From Dudresnaya verticillata (Eukaryota), in contig OZ374559.1 in NCBI GenBank assembly GCA_977862235.1, positions 310,001-374,000 on the forward strand: a DNA stretch of 64,000 nucleotides, written 5' to 3'. Position 1 is the stretch's first letter; every line of letters starts with the position of its first letter. Below the pieces are notes generated by a model that was not told where the DNA came from, searched no databases, and saw only the letters and a list, made by a program, of their open reading frames with translations. Of this stretch, positions 37,531 to 50,581 are shown in pieces. The translations under genes were made by a program, and so were the position numbers.

Positions 37531-40500
37531 ACCCTACAGATAATGTGAGGCAGGAAGGTAACGGCTTCGGTAACCAGAGGATAAGGACGGATCTAATGGG
37601 TCCCAGCCCCTCAATAGGACACGCTGCAAGTGCCCGCACGCTGTCAGAAGTCCCTGCTTAAGTGGCCCCTCGTACGCAGACTACAGCTTTTCAAGTTCAC
37701 TGCGCGTCGTCGAGCTACGACCAGGCCCAATCCACAGGTCCTGATGGAGAAACCCAACCTGGCTGTCGCGTGGGAGGGGAAGCGGCCCGGTAACACGCAG
37801 GAAGAAGGCCTTACAGATGTTTGGCGATTTTCCTGCTTGGACAGGGCTTAACCCCAAGCATAATGAGGATAATCCTGATGACCCTGCGAACCCGTCACAT
37901 CCCGGGCACAGTGATTATCTAAAGGGATTAATGGAGGAGGCTAGGAAACCTCTTCCCAAATTTTCGCTTTCTACGGACAAGCCTAGGCGCACTCGCTCCA
38001 AGCGTAATCCTGCTTCTCTCCAGGAATAGTTCCTTGGAAATCTCCAGGAGATGCGCAACGGAGTATTAGGCTACGAAGATGGACATCAGGGTTTCGATGT
38101 TGAAGTGCCATAGTCCGATAACGAGGATATGGTTTTGGAAGTTGCTGAAGGTAAAGAAGGAGACCGAGCTGATCAGGACAAGAAAATGGAAGATGAAGAC
38201 AGCAATTGTGGTTTAATCGCCAATTACAGAACGCATACGCGTGAGGAACGCGCAATGTTGAAGGTGGCACGGGTGAAGAACAAGGTAGAAGACAGGAAGC
38301 TTGATGTTGACTTGGAACTTCTGCATGCCGCCATCACGTTCCCGGTTATTGACCCTTGGCCAGATACGGCTTTCAACAGAAAGATTTGGAGTGTAACTCT
38401 TGACGATGACTACTGGCTTGAGCACTTCCTTTCGGTCAACAAGCCGTTTATGCTCCCTGAGGCGTCTTACGCAGAAGATATCTCTTCGTACAGTGATAAT
38501 TTGAAAGTGTTCCTGTACATTGAGCTGAACTTCCTTATCCGCCACGCGCTCGATAAAAAAATCCACTGATTCGAGATACGCTCGAAGGGAAGTGATCGAG
38601 AGAGAAGTTCTTGTATACCCTAGTGCAGAAGGAATCCACAATGTTTAAGTTTCGCATCAACAAGGCACAACCGTCAAGTCTACTCTACAATTTCAAATGC
38701 AAAAGCCAGAATCTCACTCTTAGCGGGAAGCTAGTTGACGACGTCGGGAATGACTATGTGCATAGGCTTTATAAGAAACACTGCTAAGGAGAACATCCGA
38801 AGGCCAGACTCGCCGTTGATGATATTCCTGTGCCGCAGTCTCTCGTATGACAGAGAGTCCATGGACAACATGGGGATCTAGAAGCGAATCGAGACTGTGA
38901 ATGGGCGTATGTGTGGGAACCGGCGTCATCTCGATAGGTGGCGTCCGGATGTGGGCGATACGGTTTTCTTCGAACCGTTGGAGTCCTTCGTCGCATGCAG
39001 GGCCCCACAGAGACTCCTATAGTACCTCTTCGACAATAGGCTACCGAAAGGCTCTCGATCCAAGCCTGGAACTGGCTCTTCTGCTCGGCGCCCGGCGCTC
39101 CGCTCGAGCGTTATTGAAAAGGAGCTGAGTACTGGTGTTGACAGTGCCTGTCGGGCGTTTTTGGATGGCTTGGGGGAGGCGGAATGTATCCCTTCTCCGA
39201 AAAATGCTGTGAGCATGGTTCTGCGGGAAATGGGGGATATGGGGAGGGGATCCTCATCCTTCTGTGAGATCTTTGGTCCTCCCGGAACGCGAAAGACGCC
39301 TACAATTTCAACTCTCCTGGCTTCCTTACTGCATCATTCTACTGCAGGGCATTTGTGTTTAGGCGTTTTAAAGCGCAACCATCTGAAGAAGGAAGATGGT
39401 CGGACGCGTTGCAGTAATAACCCCCAAGGCCTGCGTATTTTGGTGTGCTGCAGTTCCAACCGAGCTGTAGATAACGTCTCTCGCAAGCTCAAGATGGGAT
39501 TCGCGGATGGAAAGGGTGGAAAGAGCATAGCAGATATAGTCAGGATCGGTCGCCAGCGCTACAAGCTCGAGAATTTGCTGGACATTTCTCTGAACGAGAA
39601 GGCATTGGTATTCGATAGAGACATCTTCGACAAGGAGAAGGAGGAATCGGAGAATTTCCAGCCAAGCAACTTCGCGTCTACCAAGGCAAGAAAGGCGATG
39701 GCACTCGAATGCATTGTGTTCTTGTCAACGCTTTCAACTGCATAGAGTGCTGTCCTGCAGTAGTTGAATGTATCCATTGATGTCGTTGTTGTGGATGAGG
39801 GTGCAAATTCTACAGAAGTGGAGTGTCTCATCTCTATCGCTGCAGCCGCCAAGACCACTAAGAAGGGGACTGGTCGCTTGCATGTCTTCATATGAGAAGA
39901 CCACAAGCAGTTACCCCCTGTGTTGCTGTTGCAGTTTGCTGTTGGGTCCTTCCTTGCAAGGATAAGGCATTTAAACTACAGTATGCCTTACAAGATGCAA
40001 ATTCGGTCCCTATTTGAGCGCATGGTAGACCGTTATCATTGTCCAGTAGCATGGCTTTGTCTGCAATACCTTACATATTCTGCTATTGCCAGAATCCAAA
40101 GCAGAATGGTTTATGGTGACCCATTCTTCACCCGTCTTTGGTTGACCGGTACGAATGTCCCTACAATTCTGGTCCCTATGGCTTTACTCCATTCACGTTT
40201 ATGGATACCTCCAAGAGTTTGGACCGATTCCAGGTGCCTGCTGGAGGTGGGAAGTTCACGAACAACTTCGAGGTCAAGCAAATCAATCGGATTCTATGTA
40301 GATTGAAGAACATCATGTCTAGTTCTAGGGATTCCGGTGGGCGTGGTTACGAGGAGCTGTGTAGCGAAATCATTTTCACCGCACCGTATCGATCACAAGT
40401 TCAGAATATCAGGGACCATCTATACTATGGAGACGAGCTTCTTTCCGACAAGAGGATGAGGAAGGATTTCGATGTGCTCATCGATTCTGTTGATGCACTA

Positions 40501-40753
40501 CAAGGTCTTGAGCGCAGCATCGTCATCATATCTTTGACTCGAAGCAACCCAAGCAGAAACATAGGGTTTCTAAAAGACTTCCGCCGTATCAACGTCGCAA
40601 CAAGTCGCGCAAAGAAGCTGCTGATTTTGGTGGGCCATACCACTACATTCTGTGGCAAGAGTCGCATGTTGCATGGGTTCTGGGTTGCCTGACTGCAAAA
40701 GGCAAATGGGACTGCCATCGAATTCTTTGCTTCTGAACCAGGAAGAAGGGACG

Positions 40754-40815
40754 TGCGGCGCTGGAAAGATATTGAGGACATGCAGCGCTGGAAAGATATT
40801 GAGGACATGCAGCGC
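40754..40815 (+). repeat. 27-bp tandem repeat x2.3
   Basis: tgc(g/a)gcgctggaaagatattgaggaca. Confidence 0.9.
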
Positions 40816-43800
40816 CCAATGCGAACCCGCGGAGGATACAGCTTGCGTTCTCAAGACAATCAATCCAATGGGCAAAGGTAGTGAGATTCGCAAGTGTGAG
40901 TATCCCTATTTGCAGGAGTCCTTGTCTATGTGAAAGCATCTCGGAAATAATCCGCATGCAAGCGTAAGCATGCCTACTTCTGTCAATTCAATAGACTTGT
41001 GGTTGTTGTACATATATCTCTTCCGATAAAAGTCCATACTTTGGGCGCTTCCATATACATATGCGTAGCATACATCGCACAGGTATGCTAGAAATGAAAA
41101 CGCACTTCTGCAATAGTGGTTCAATAGTTCGAGCACGCAGCTGCGCGCATGCATTACTGAAGATGTTTGTTTCCATGCCCTTGGACATGTCCTGTAGTTA
41201 CTAATAAACTAAGTGTCTTCCCACTTTTGTAAAGAGAAATCCACAGCCACATCTGCTCGTAGAAATGGTTTCACAGGTGCATTTGTCTGTAGAATGTGTT
41301 TAGCAGGTATAGGTGGCAATTAACAGCTATTGACAGGCACATATGACTATGAAACGCAATTCACGCGATTTACAGTCGATGAAAATGTATCTTAACAACG
41401 CTGATTCCCAGTGCCCATGAAATAGATTTCACAGACCAGAGGGCCTTAGAAGTTCATAAGCAGTCTAATAGTCCCAGAAACATATTTCACAGACATCTCG
41501 ATCTTAGTAGAATGAAATATGGGATACTATGGATCCTAGAAAGGATAATTCTTTCGGAAAGAATGATCACATTTTCAAGCTTTAGATTTAAAAATGATGT
41601 TTTCGATTGTGGGGGACAGAATGGTCACCGCTGAGTGGAATCAACGACGGCCCCATCTCGGCCATTTCCGATCAATTACAATAGCCTCAAATATTCGCGC
41701 GCGGCCGCGGTTGATCGTCCTGTGCACGTTTTCTGGCAACTCCCCGCAATCCCCAAACCGTTGCCTTTTGGTGTGTGCTGTGTGTCCCTTTGTTATGTAC
41801 TATCCCTGTTCGTACAGGCTCTGTCGAGCGATACGTCGTGGCATCTCGTGAAGGTATTCCTTGATTGACCTCCGCGCAAGCGACGACGAGCGCGACTTGT
41901 CGATCGACTGTCGCAGCGTGTCACTCAAACGCTCGAGCGACACGCCCGGTCGTGTACCTGTAAATCGTACCTGCATCAAATGACGCGCTGAGTTTAACCT
42001 CGTTGCGGTACTGTACTCTATTGCGAGCGAATCGCCTTTATTCTCCTGCGTTTCTCAACGTTGCGTGCGAGCGGCAATCAACCCCGGAACTGTATGTCTC
42101 GCGCAAGCGGGTGGCAATGAATCCCAGATATCTTTCGAATCCCGCATCGTTTTGCAAGGGGGTATTGAGATATGGTGTCAAGCAAGAAGGTCAGGTCAGG
42201 AAGGGGATCTATGGATCGCATTAGTAATATATGCTTAGAAAGAAGGCAGTACCCAAACTATAAGGATGTAACGCGGCGAAAGAGGGCCTGGAAGATGTAC
42301 CGGTTCAACCAGAAGGGGTTGTTCATGTTTTACTTTATTTCGACGATGGTTTCAAGGTTTCCCAGCTACGCCAAAAAGGCGATCTACAAATTCGACAAGA
42401 AGATTGAACACTAGTTCCTATTACTAAACATTTCTACCTCTATTGAATTCCACTTTGAAGAAGCTTAGCATAACTTTTTAACTGTGCAGTACACCGTCGT
42501 CTTCAATAGGAATCTTATAGACTGCAGATATGTAATTCGGAAGTGGAGAGCTCCACATGGGAATTGAACGAAGCGAGGGCTGTGAAAACTATTTCTAGGA
42601 GGTACAAATATGATATTTACGAAACGAATCCGCTTGTGAAATGAATATGCAGCATTCCTTTGCCTGTGAAATGTATTTTAAGACCCTAACATATGGATAT
42701 TGAACCTTAATTAAATAGCAGTATGGATTCTGAGGCATATTTCTCAGGCCGATTGACCTTTGAAACACTTTTCACGTACCTCACGTCTGTAGACATTTCG
42801 TTCCTGGCTCGATGCCTCAGAATCCACATTTCGAGGACTGCAGTCAGATAAAATGATTAGTTTAGGGCATCAGATCTATTCAGCTCGCGTTATGAACTGA
42901 CTATCGGCAGTGTATACATTTACATTCCTCCATACTAAGTGTATGCGAAAACATTCTCACAGACAAAGATGGCTGTTAAATGCATTTTACAGACACATGT
43001 GTCCGTTAAATTCATTTAACAGACACAGATGGCAGCGAATTTGTTTTCAGGGTCGGCCAGCATGGGCCTGTTAATTCTCTTTTTGCATGACTGCTGCTTG
43101 AGAAATTAGGTTATTGATAAAGATTGCCTTTGATAGTCATTTCTGAGTCCAAATTGCTAGTAAAGATTAATTCACAGAAAAAATGTCTGTATAATAGGAT
43201 ACATGAGCAAGATGCCCGTGAAGTAATGTTTCAAGTGCGAGAAAATAAAAATAATGGAACCAGTTAGAAGGAACGGTACATAAGAGACAACAGGACTACA
43301 GCCTTCGCAATGAATGGATGTAGAACACGGTTTACAGACGCTTGGTCTGTGGAATTAATTTAACAGTCATTGAATCTGTAAAGACAGAAATTAGGGTCTC
43401 TACAACTGTGAAACGTATTTTACTAGTCTTATGTCGCCAATGTGACGTTCGGATTCGCATTTCTCACGAGCAGTTTTATCGGTTAGCAAACTTTCGAAGT
43501 GAGGCTTCGTAGCCAACTGGACTGTGAAATTATATCCAAGGGAAGCGCTGTCTGTGAAATGAAATTCGGAGACGTCCTACCTAGGTGTTGAAAACATTTT
43601 CGAGAACAGATTTGCTCAAAAAGTAATATTACAGGCAACGTGCGGGGCGGTACCATCTCACCCTGGGTGAGAGGGGTGAGACGTTCTGGCATCTGATTGG
43701 TCCTCAGCGCCGGTCTCCACCCCTCCGGCCGGGCCAACGGCGCATCGGTCCCCACCCACCTCTCCACCAATAGAAATTCGTTGTTGCCATCGGTCTCCAC

Positions 43801-43876
43801 CTCTCAATTACTTGGCACCTTCTCATTAGCCCCCTCACCGGTCTCCTCCGTCGCCGTTCGGCCGGCGCTCGCCGTT

Positions 43877-44190
43877 AACACTACTTTAGAGATATTCAGA
43901 ATCAACTTTGCAAAACAGTACCAAATTGTACCCCGGTTTCTTTAGCTCTGTGGAACCGGGAGCGGGCGCTGAGAACAACGGTGGAATCCGTTTGTCTGTA
44001 GCGTAACTAGTTCAGAAGTTACGGCGCACTAAACACAGTCTGTACACCCCCAAACGTTTCCGAAAGTTTCACACTTTTCAGAATTTCTGTAAAACAATTT
44101 TAATTAGATTTTCCCTCGCCCTGCGCTCGCCCAGGGCCGCCAGCGCACTCGCCACACCACTGCTCTCGCCCCTGCCAGCCGCTCCTAACC
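43877..44190 (+). repeat. Left TIR of element B
   Basis: aacactactttagagatattcagaatcaactttgcaaaacagtacc... recurs inverted, ending at 52929. Confidence 0.9.
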
Positions 44191-44999
44191 ACCGCTCCTG
44201 CTCGCCGACCTAATTTCCGCGCGTGTGCTTGTCGCTCCAGCATATCAACCTTCCATCTTAGATGACCGAGCGCCATGGATCGGGAAGATTCCAACTGGCT
44301 CGGTGCTTGTGGAATTTAGTGGCTTAACAAGCACTTCGCGTACCCCCGTCAATGTACAGAAGAAGATTCGCGAGAGTCTTCACCAAAACTAGTGCGCAAT
44401 GATTGCATACCTGCATTGAGTAATTTCCCAATAAAGACCACACCATTGAGTTGTAGCGTTAGTCCGCAAGTATCCAGCACGGCTTAAGACAGACGGTAGG
44501 TCATTCTGATATTGGCTCCCAAGAGCGGGAAAGGTCTGTGGCAGCCATTTTAGGGCTTGCCCGCGAAAATCATGACAGTTCGAACATCGCAGCGGCGAGG
44601 AGCCTGCGGTCGACGGCGCCGACAGCCTGAAGAACGGGTGACAGAGCAGCCAGTATGTTTTGGCTTTGACCGCTTCATCAATTACTACAAGATAGCCCAC
44701 TGAGCGGTACTTCAACGTACGCAGTAACAAAATCTTGCTTGGTTGTAGTCGTAGCAGTAGTCTGAATATGAATATCTGAGTCGCCTTCGCTATTCGTAAG
44801 ATTATATCGCTGATACGCGGCGCGCTCATCAACTTCTTCTATCCTTCCCAGGGCGCTATCGAGGTTAGTTGATTCAGTTAACTTGTGCTTGGGAGTAAGC
44901 TCTCCTGCTTCCACATCATCAAACGAGCCCTTTCCGGTTGTGCCGATTAGAAGGGAAGTTGAATAGCATCCACCACAGGTCTTCCTCCACGTCGCAGTC

Positions 45000-46353
45000 A
45001 CAATCTGCCAAGGTGCAACGGCAAAAGTAAGCCGAGTGGCCGCCTTCTCTCGACGACTGTCGTCTGTTGACACTGATATTAACAGCCAGAGCATGTTCAT
45101 ACGCATCTTGCTCTTCTTTTCGAGCATTCATGATTCGCTGTGCACCCCTTGCTCTTTCTTCATAGTCCTGGAAAAGTTCGTCGATAACCCGAGCTATCGG
45201 TAGAGGTGGGTCTCCAGCACCAGTTATTGTGCTTGACGTCTCAACCTTTCGAACTGCGAAACCCTCCCATCCAGGGCCGGCGATCCCGGACTTATATGAC
45301 CAACCGAGGAAAGCGTTTCAGGAGGGATCTCCAACATAACTCTCTCCATTTGCGGGCCAAAGTTTCCGCCCTCTCGCTCCCCTAGTTTTCTAAGCGCAGT
45401 CTGCACTGCAGCAACGCTTCGCATTTCCTGTTCACGGTTCTCCGATACACGGAGCACGGCTGTTCAAACAGTTGATAGCGATACACCCAGCCCCTGAACG
45501 TAGTTATGCAATCGTTCAAGTCGTGCTTCCGGCGAATCCTGTTGCCTATCTCCTTCAGGCTGGGAAACGCGTTCCAAGAACCAGACTAGCCCCTTGACCA
45601 CCTTCCTTCCAGCTTGCCACAATATTTTCTCTCCCCAGTGCCCCAATCTCTCAAGGGCATTCGAGTTCCTACTTCACCAAAGAGTGCAGTTGTCATAGAG
45701 CTCTCTTGACTTATTGGTTCTCGTCGCACCTTCCGCCATGCTTCTTTGCCTGTCGCACCGAGGAATAAGAGTTCCTCACCACCAGTTGAGAGAACGGCAT
45801 GAGTCGCAACTCTTCGTAGAAAGCGCTCGAGGCCGCGAAGGCGCTCCGTATCATACGCGTAGCCATGCCGTAGCCGGCCCGCAAGCGCCATCGGTGGGAG
45901 AGGCGGTACGATAACACGGAATCGGAGTCGCTATTCCAACCACGCAAAGTCCGCAATGGAGCGTCATACAAGGTAGTATTCGGGTTCTGCAGATGGGCTC
46001 CGGACAAGCCCATGCGTCCCCGGCAGCGGTGAAAAGGATTGCGCCGTCCCAAAGGGCCATTTTCTTCTTTAACGCACAACGTAGATTCCAGATGCGGCGA
46101 CCTTCTCCCCAGGTGAAACGAACAGGGAGTCGTCAGATCGATCCACGACCCCAACAACTAGTGGCGGTGGATTGGAGTCACGCTCCCTCGGGTCATCAAT
46201 AACGACCAGTATGGCGTGAATATCCGTAGCGAATGCGTTCCCGGCAGGTGACGAAGGGGGCGGTCGCGAGCGCTCTGCAACGGCTTCAAGCAAAGGGTCA
46301 TTTCCGCGATTCGAGCGCAGCAACTTCCGGGCCTGCTCTTCGAAGCCGCGCAT
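45000..46353 (-). pseudogene. Captured sorting nexin (PX-BAR) gene
   Basis: PX: RSIADFAWLE.RLR..IVPPLPP..ERLRGLERFLRRVATHAVLS; BAR-like helices (LERLHNYVQGL; DELFQDYEERARGAQRIMNAR); multiple stops. Confidence 0.75.
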
Positions 46354-47479
46354 GTCAGCGTTACGCAAGCGTGGTGGATCGCGGTGGCGCGGAGCAGCAA
46401 GGGCGGAATTGAGCACTTGTAGATCGCGCGGGCGTGGCCGGCGCGGCACTGACACCGCGTCCGGTAGCGTGTGGCCAGGCGACGGCCCGTCGGAGAAACA
46501 CGAACGGAGTAGCAGGTCGCGACACGAAACTTTAGGTTTTGCAAAGGGCGAGCTCCGCGAAACTGTAGGTGTAGTATGGATAGTACAACATAGCTTTTCC
46601 TGTAAATGATCTGTCAAATACTTCTGATTGGGTATTGATACGGCCAGAGCCGGAATATCTAAAAAGCTTTCGTATTTCATACGAAAGTAAAGCTTTTCAA
46701 CAGATATTTTCCTTGCGGGCCCTGGGACAACGAAACAGCTGCTCTTTCAGAGCAGAAAGGGAAGCTTTCAGAAACCTTTTCGTCTTTTCCAAGCAATTAG
46801 GACTGTCATCGTATTATCAATAATACGGAATAGCTTCTCCCGCACGAGACAAGCACATAGCTATCGGAGCTTTTTCGTTCCTGCTGCGCGAGGAGCCCCG
46901 CGAGCGGCCTTCTCGCCCGCACACCCATCACGCCGTTTTGGCACCGCGGTGCACAGCTTGTTGGACGGGACGGCACATGTCCACCCGTGCCGCTCGCACG
47001 CCGCAATCACCCGCCTTCTCACCACTGCGTTGGCCGCCGCACCGGCGGCTGCCCGACACAACCAGCGTGCGCGCCCCTGTCTTGTGTGCAGCGCAAATCT
47101 GGAGGGCCCCCCCGCGTGCTGCTCCAGATTTCGCTCCTGCCATTTCTTGGAAGCTCGCGGCTACGTCAACCATTAACCGCTCTTCGTTGCCCATTCCCAA
47201 GATTACCTTCTCATCAGGCGATGAATTGCCTCCCAGCTTCTTGACTACGACGCGGACCGAATTTGTCAGCCCCGCAAACGAAACGTTGCAGTCTGGTCGA
47301 TTCTGTTCTTATGACAAACACTGCAGGGGCGGTGACGTCTGTGCGGAAGGAATCTGTATCTGTAGAGCGCCAGCAGGCTGGTGTCGGTTTATTGTAAGGC
47401 GGCCTTGCGAACCGTCGCGCGCTAATCTCAGGAAACTCGCCCAATTCGACGATTACCATCAAAAGCTCGTCCCGTGAGT

Positions 47480-50400
47480 TCATGTCAATGCCATCTGATT
47501 GACGTCCCAAGCAAACACGCTTTGGATCTCACTCACAGTTGTCGGTATCTCACCGTCTACCTCCCGGTATGAGTACGGGTATCGCAAATGGGAGCTTTGC
47601 GTCGCCGCTTTGAATGCATAGACTGCGACGAGGTGCTGACCTTCTCTTTGAAAGGAGGATAACGCAGTACCATGGATGCTATCCCGAAATCGCGCCCCGT
47701 CCACCCCGAACTGAACCTTGCAAGTTCCTACAGCCTTCTTTTCAATGAAGAGAGTGACTTCATCTCCCCCATTGATTTCTCGGCGTTGGGTCACATCTTC
47801 CCCTTCTTCCTGGTTCTCATTCCGTCCCCTGACTTTTGCAGGCACTGCTCCTGTCTCGACGTTTTGCCGCTTTCCCAACGGTTCCATCTGTTCAGGCGCC
47901 CCTTCGGAACACAATCGTTTACGCTCTGAGCTACCCGCCTCCCAGGCCGCTTGTTCTGGGCCCGGTGCATATTCTTTTTCAGACGCCTGTTCGGGAGCAG
48001 TACATATTTCCTTCAAAGGGGCTACCTTGGTTACATGTTGTGCCTCTTGCACCAGTCGCGATAGCCTTGCGTGTGCATGTCTGAACGTGTCAGCATTTTG
48101 CTAGATGCATGTGCATCTCCTATCAGTGGCAAGACACGCTATGCCGATCGTCATCGTGCCAGCGTACGTATCCAGAACATGCCCTTGCTCTACACAGAAC
48201 GTCGTCAGAACTTCCGCGAGCAAGTCAACATTCTTTTCTTCGGTCAGCACCGGGGATCTTTTCTGAGGTCTCAACAGTTTCTTCTTGGAGACTGGAACAG
48301 ACGACATGCATGCGAACTTCTTTTTCTCTTGGCATTTCGATAGGTGATAGGGGCTCTTCAAGTCTACCTTTGAACCGGATGGGTGTATACCCGGTGCTTT
48401 CCCAAAAACGGCTATGTCTGCGCCATTTTGTGGCCTTTCGTTGCCCCTGGATTCCTGAACAGTACCGGTATCCTTCAGAATCACGAATGCATACGTTGGG
48501 CAGTCGAAACCATTCTTTGAAAGTGCCTGCCTCATGGGCTCAAAGGTCTGAAATGACACAAACAGGAACACCCAATCACCCGGGGCGATTGTCTGCCTGC
48601 AAAACGCAGCCAACTCGTTCATTTCTGAAGTGCTGAGGTAGTTGTCATACCCTTTCCCAGCTCGAGACTGTGAGGCAGGGGTGCCATAAGGGGTGTCCGA
48701 CAGAATGAAGTCAAACAGTTTGCTCTCATTTTTCCTGTACTTTTGGTTGTAGTCCTGCCAGCGCATTTGGTGACACCCAAGGCCTTCCGATGTCAGTATC
48801 TCGTCCGGTGTTGCGACATCGTCTCTATTATCCTTTTTCAGCTTCTTAACAGTACCCAATCTTTCCGATCTTATCGTAGTGGCCGTTGAGGGCAAAGGGA
48901 TAGGTGTGACAGCGTCTCCTTCATCCCCGTTGATCACAGGAAGGGACTCATCCGGAGTTGTGCTTCTCGCAGTGGAGCCCAGGTGGTCGGGATCACTGCG
49001 GTTGTCGTCGATCTCCTTCTCCGTATCTGTCTGTGGGGCACATTGTGAAGCAGTTTTGTTCAAGAGCACTCCAGACGGTACATGTTTCATGTGACTATCA
49101 GGGCTCTTCTCTTCTTCAGGATGTTTTGGATCTGTGCTAGACGATACTCGTGCCTGCGCAACTTCTAATCTGCGGTTGTATTTCTCTATTTTCTGTGGGA
49201 CCTCCCCTGGGCAACTGTCTCGGTACATTGTAAGAATCGACTTCAGTATGTGATTGTTTCCACGATTCGACATAACGTCCAGGTCCAGTTTGCGCGTGTG
49301 CAACAGATTGGTCCTCAGAACGGACATAGCTGAAGACCAATTCGGGGATTCCCTCAGGCTCTCGAAGTTCCTAACTTCTACCAACGCGTCTCTTGCTCTC
49401 TCCAATTCCTCGACTGTGACCTTGTACGGTGCAGGTCTGAAATTATGCATTCTGGCCCTTTCCCGCAGCCTGTTCAAGGTACATATTTGAGCCTCTACCC
49501 CGTCTGGCGACCGGCCGGCATTCATAAACACTGTAGCAGACTTCAGTGACGATATATGGATAAAATCCCGATAGACTCGGCAGTCTACCGAGGACCTTAC
49601 GAGCTGCCTGGAAATTCCAGCCCCTGCACTTCCAAGGGAAGTCGAGGCCGCCAATTCTGCATCCTCCTGTGTTTCAATCTCCCCGATAGTATCTAGAACC
49701 GATCTATGCAATCGAAGAACAACCTGGGCTGTTTGCCTGATTATGTTCTCGTGAAGATGAGAAGCACCATAAAACGCCGCGGCAACTGCTTTCGCTGTCG
49801 GCTCTTTTCCATTGGCTCCAGCCTGCAGACGGTCGACTTCTTCGCGCAGACCTTTCAGTGTGTCAAAGGACGTATTTTCTACATAACAAGCAGACTGATT
49901 TTTGCGGTTCTGGTGCCTTGCAAACTGTTTCAGAACCTGCAGAGACGCCCCGCCCTTGACATGCATAACCGGCCACGAGAATGTCTTCCATATCTCGTAG
50001 TGTATGTCCATGAGCTCAATACTTTCAACCAGCCGGTGCATGCCATCTACAACGCCGTATCACACTCCTCTAGAACTGGTGATTTCCTTTATCTCCTTCT
50101 CCGTACGGTACGCTCCCTCCTCATTCCGAGTACTTCGAAAATAGTCTCCTACATGCTTGCGAAGGGCTCCCGTGAGCTCGATAATCACTGGCATATCGCT
50201 CCCTGCAACATATCCTATCGACTCGGGAGCATGTGGCATCCCCTGATTTGTACCCCCTCCTAGTCCGATAAAAATACGCTTGAGCCGTTCGACGCCGGAC
50301 CTAGATATCGGCCTGACCTTGGTGAGGGGTACACAAGCCCGGGGATCGACACGCTTCAGCATGGAACCGTCAAGCAGATCAGCGAACAGAATCTGTTGCT

Positions 50401-50581
50401 GGTGCAGACCGACTTCATTACGGTCATTTGTAACGGCGTCTTCTTCCTTCTGTTGGACTTTTTGCCCATGGCCACATGCAGGTGGTCTGTCGCAAGTGCA
50501 GAGAGATGCTCGTGATGAACAACTTGACTTCGGACTTAGGGAAAGTGCAGTAACTAGGTCGGAGATATCGGCTGGATCCAA
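47480..50581 (-). pseudogene. ParB/Srx-like domain + beta-class N6A/N4C DNA methyltransferase + TNP1/DUF8039-like domain (~1030 codons, 2 in-frame stops)
   Basis: ORFs 50060-50581, 48101-50041 and 47480-48052 share one frame; VRPISRSGVERL..YGVVDGMHR; FDFILSDTPYG (motif IV, 48686-48697); EEKNVDLL..VLDTYAGTMT (motif I). Confidence 0.82.

Larger units (their letters stand above)
37116..40933 (+). pseudogene. Upf1/Sen1/DNA2-like SF1 helicase
   Basis: GPPGTRKT, RILVCCSSNRAVDN, IVRIG, VVVDEGA, DHKQLPP, SLFERM, APYRSQV, SVDALQGLER, IGFLKDFRRINVATSRAK; the 5' extent (37116-39160) is less certain. Confidence 0.85.

Noticed and set aside
47480..50581. Bacterial restriction-modification or phage contaminant
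   Set aside because: The gene lies inside TIRs with a TSD, next to eukaryote-specific cargo (sorting nexin); it has a paralog in a sister element and no restriction enzyme or operon context
12624..50581. Stop-codon reassignment or programmed readthrough explaining the in-frame stops
   Set aside because: TAA, TAG and TGA all occur, replace different residues, and coexist with frameshifts, which fits ordinary decay
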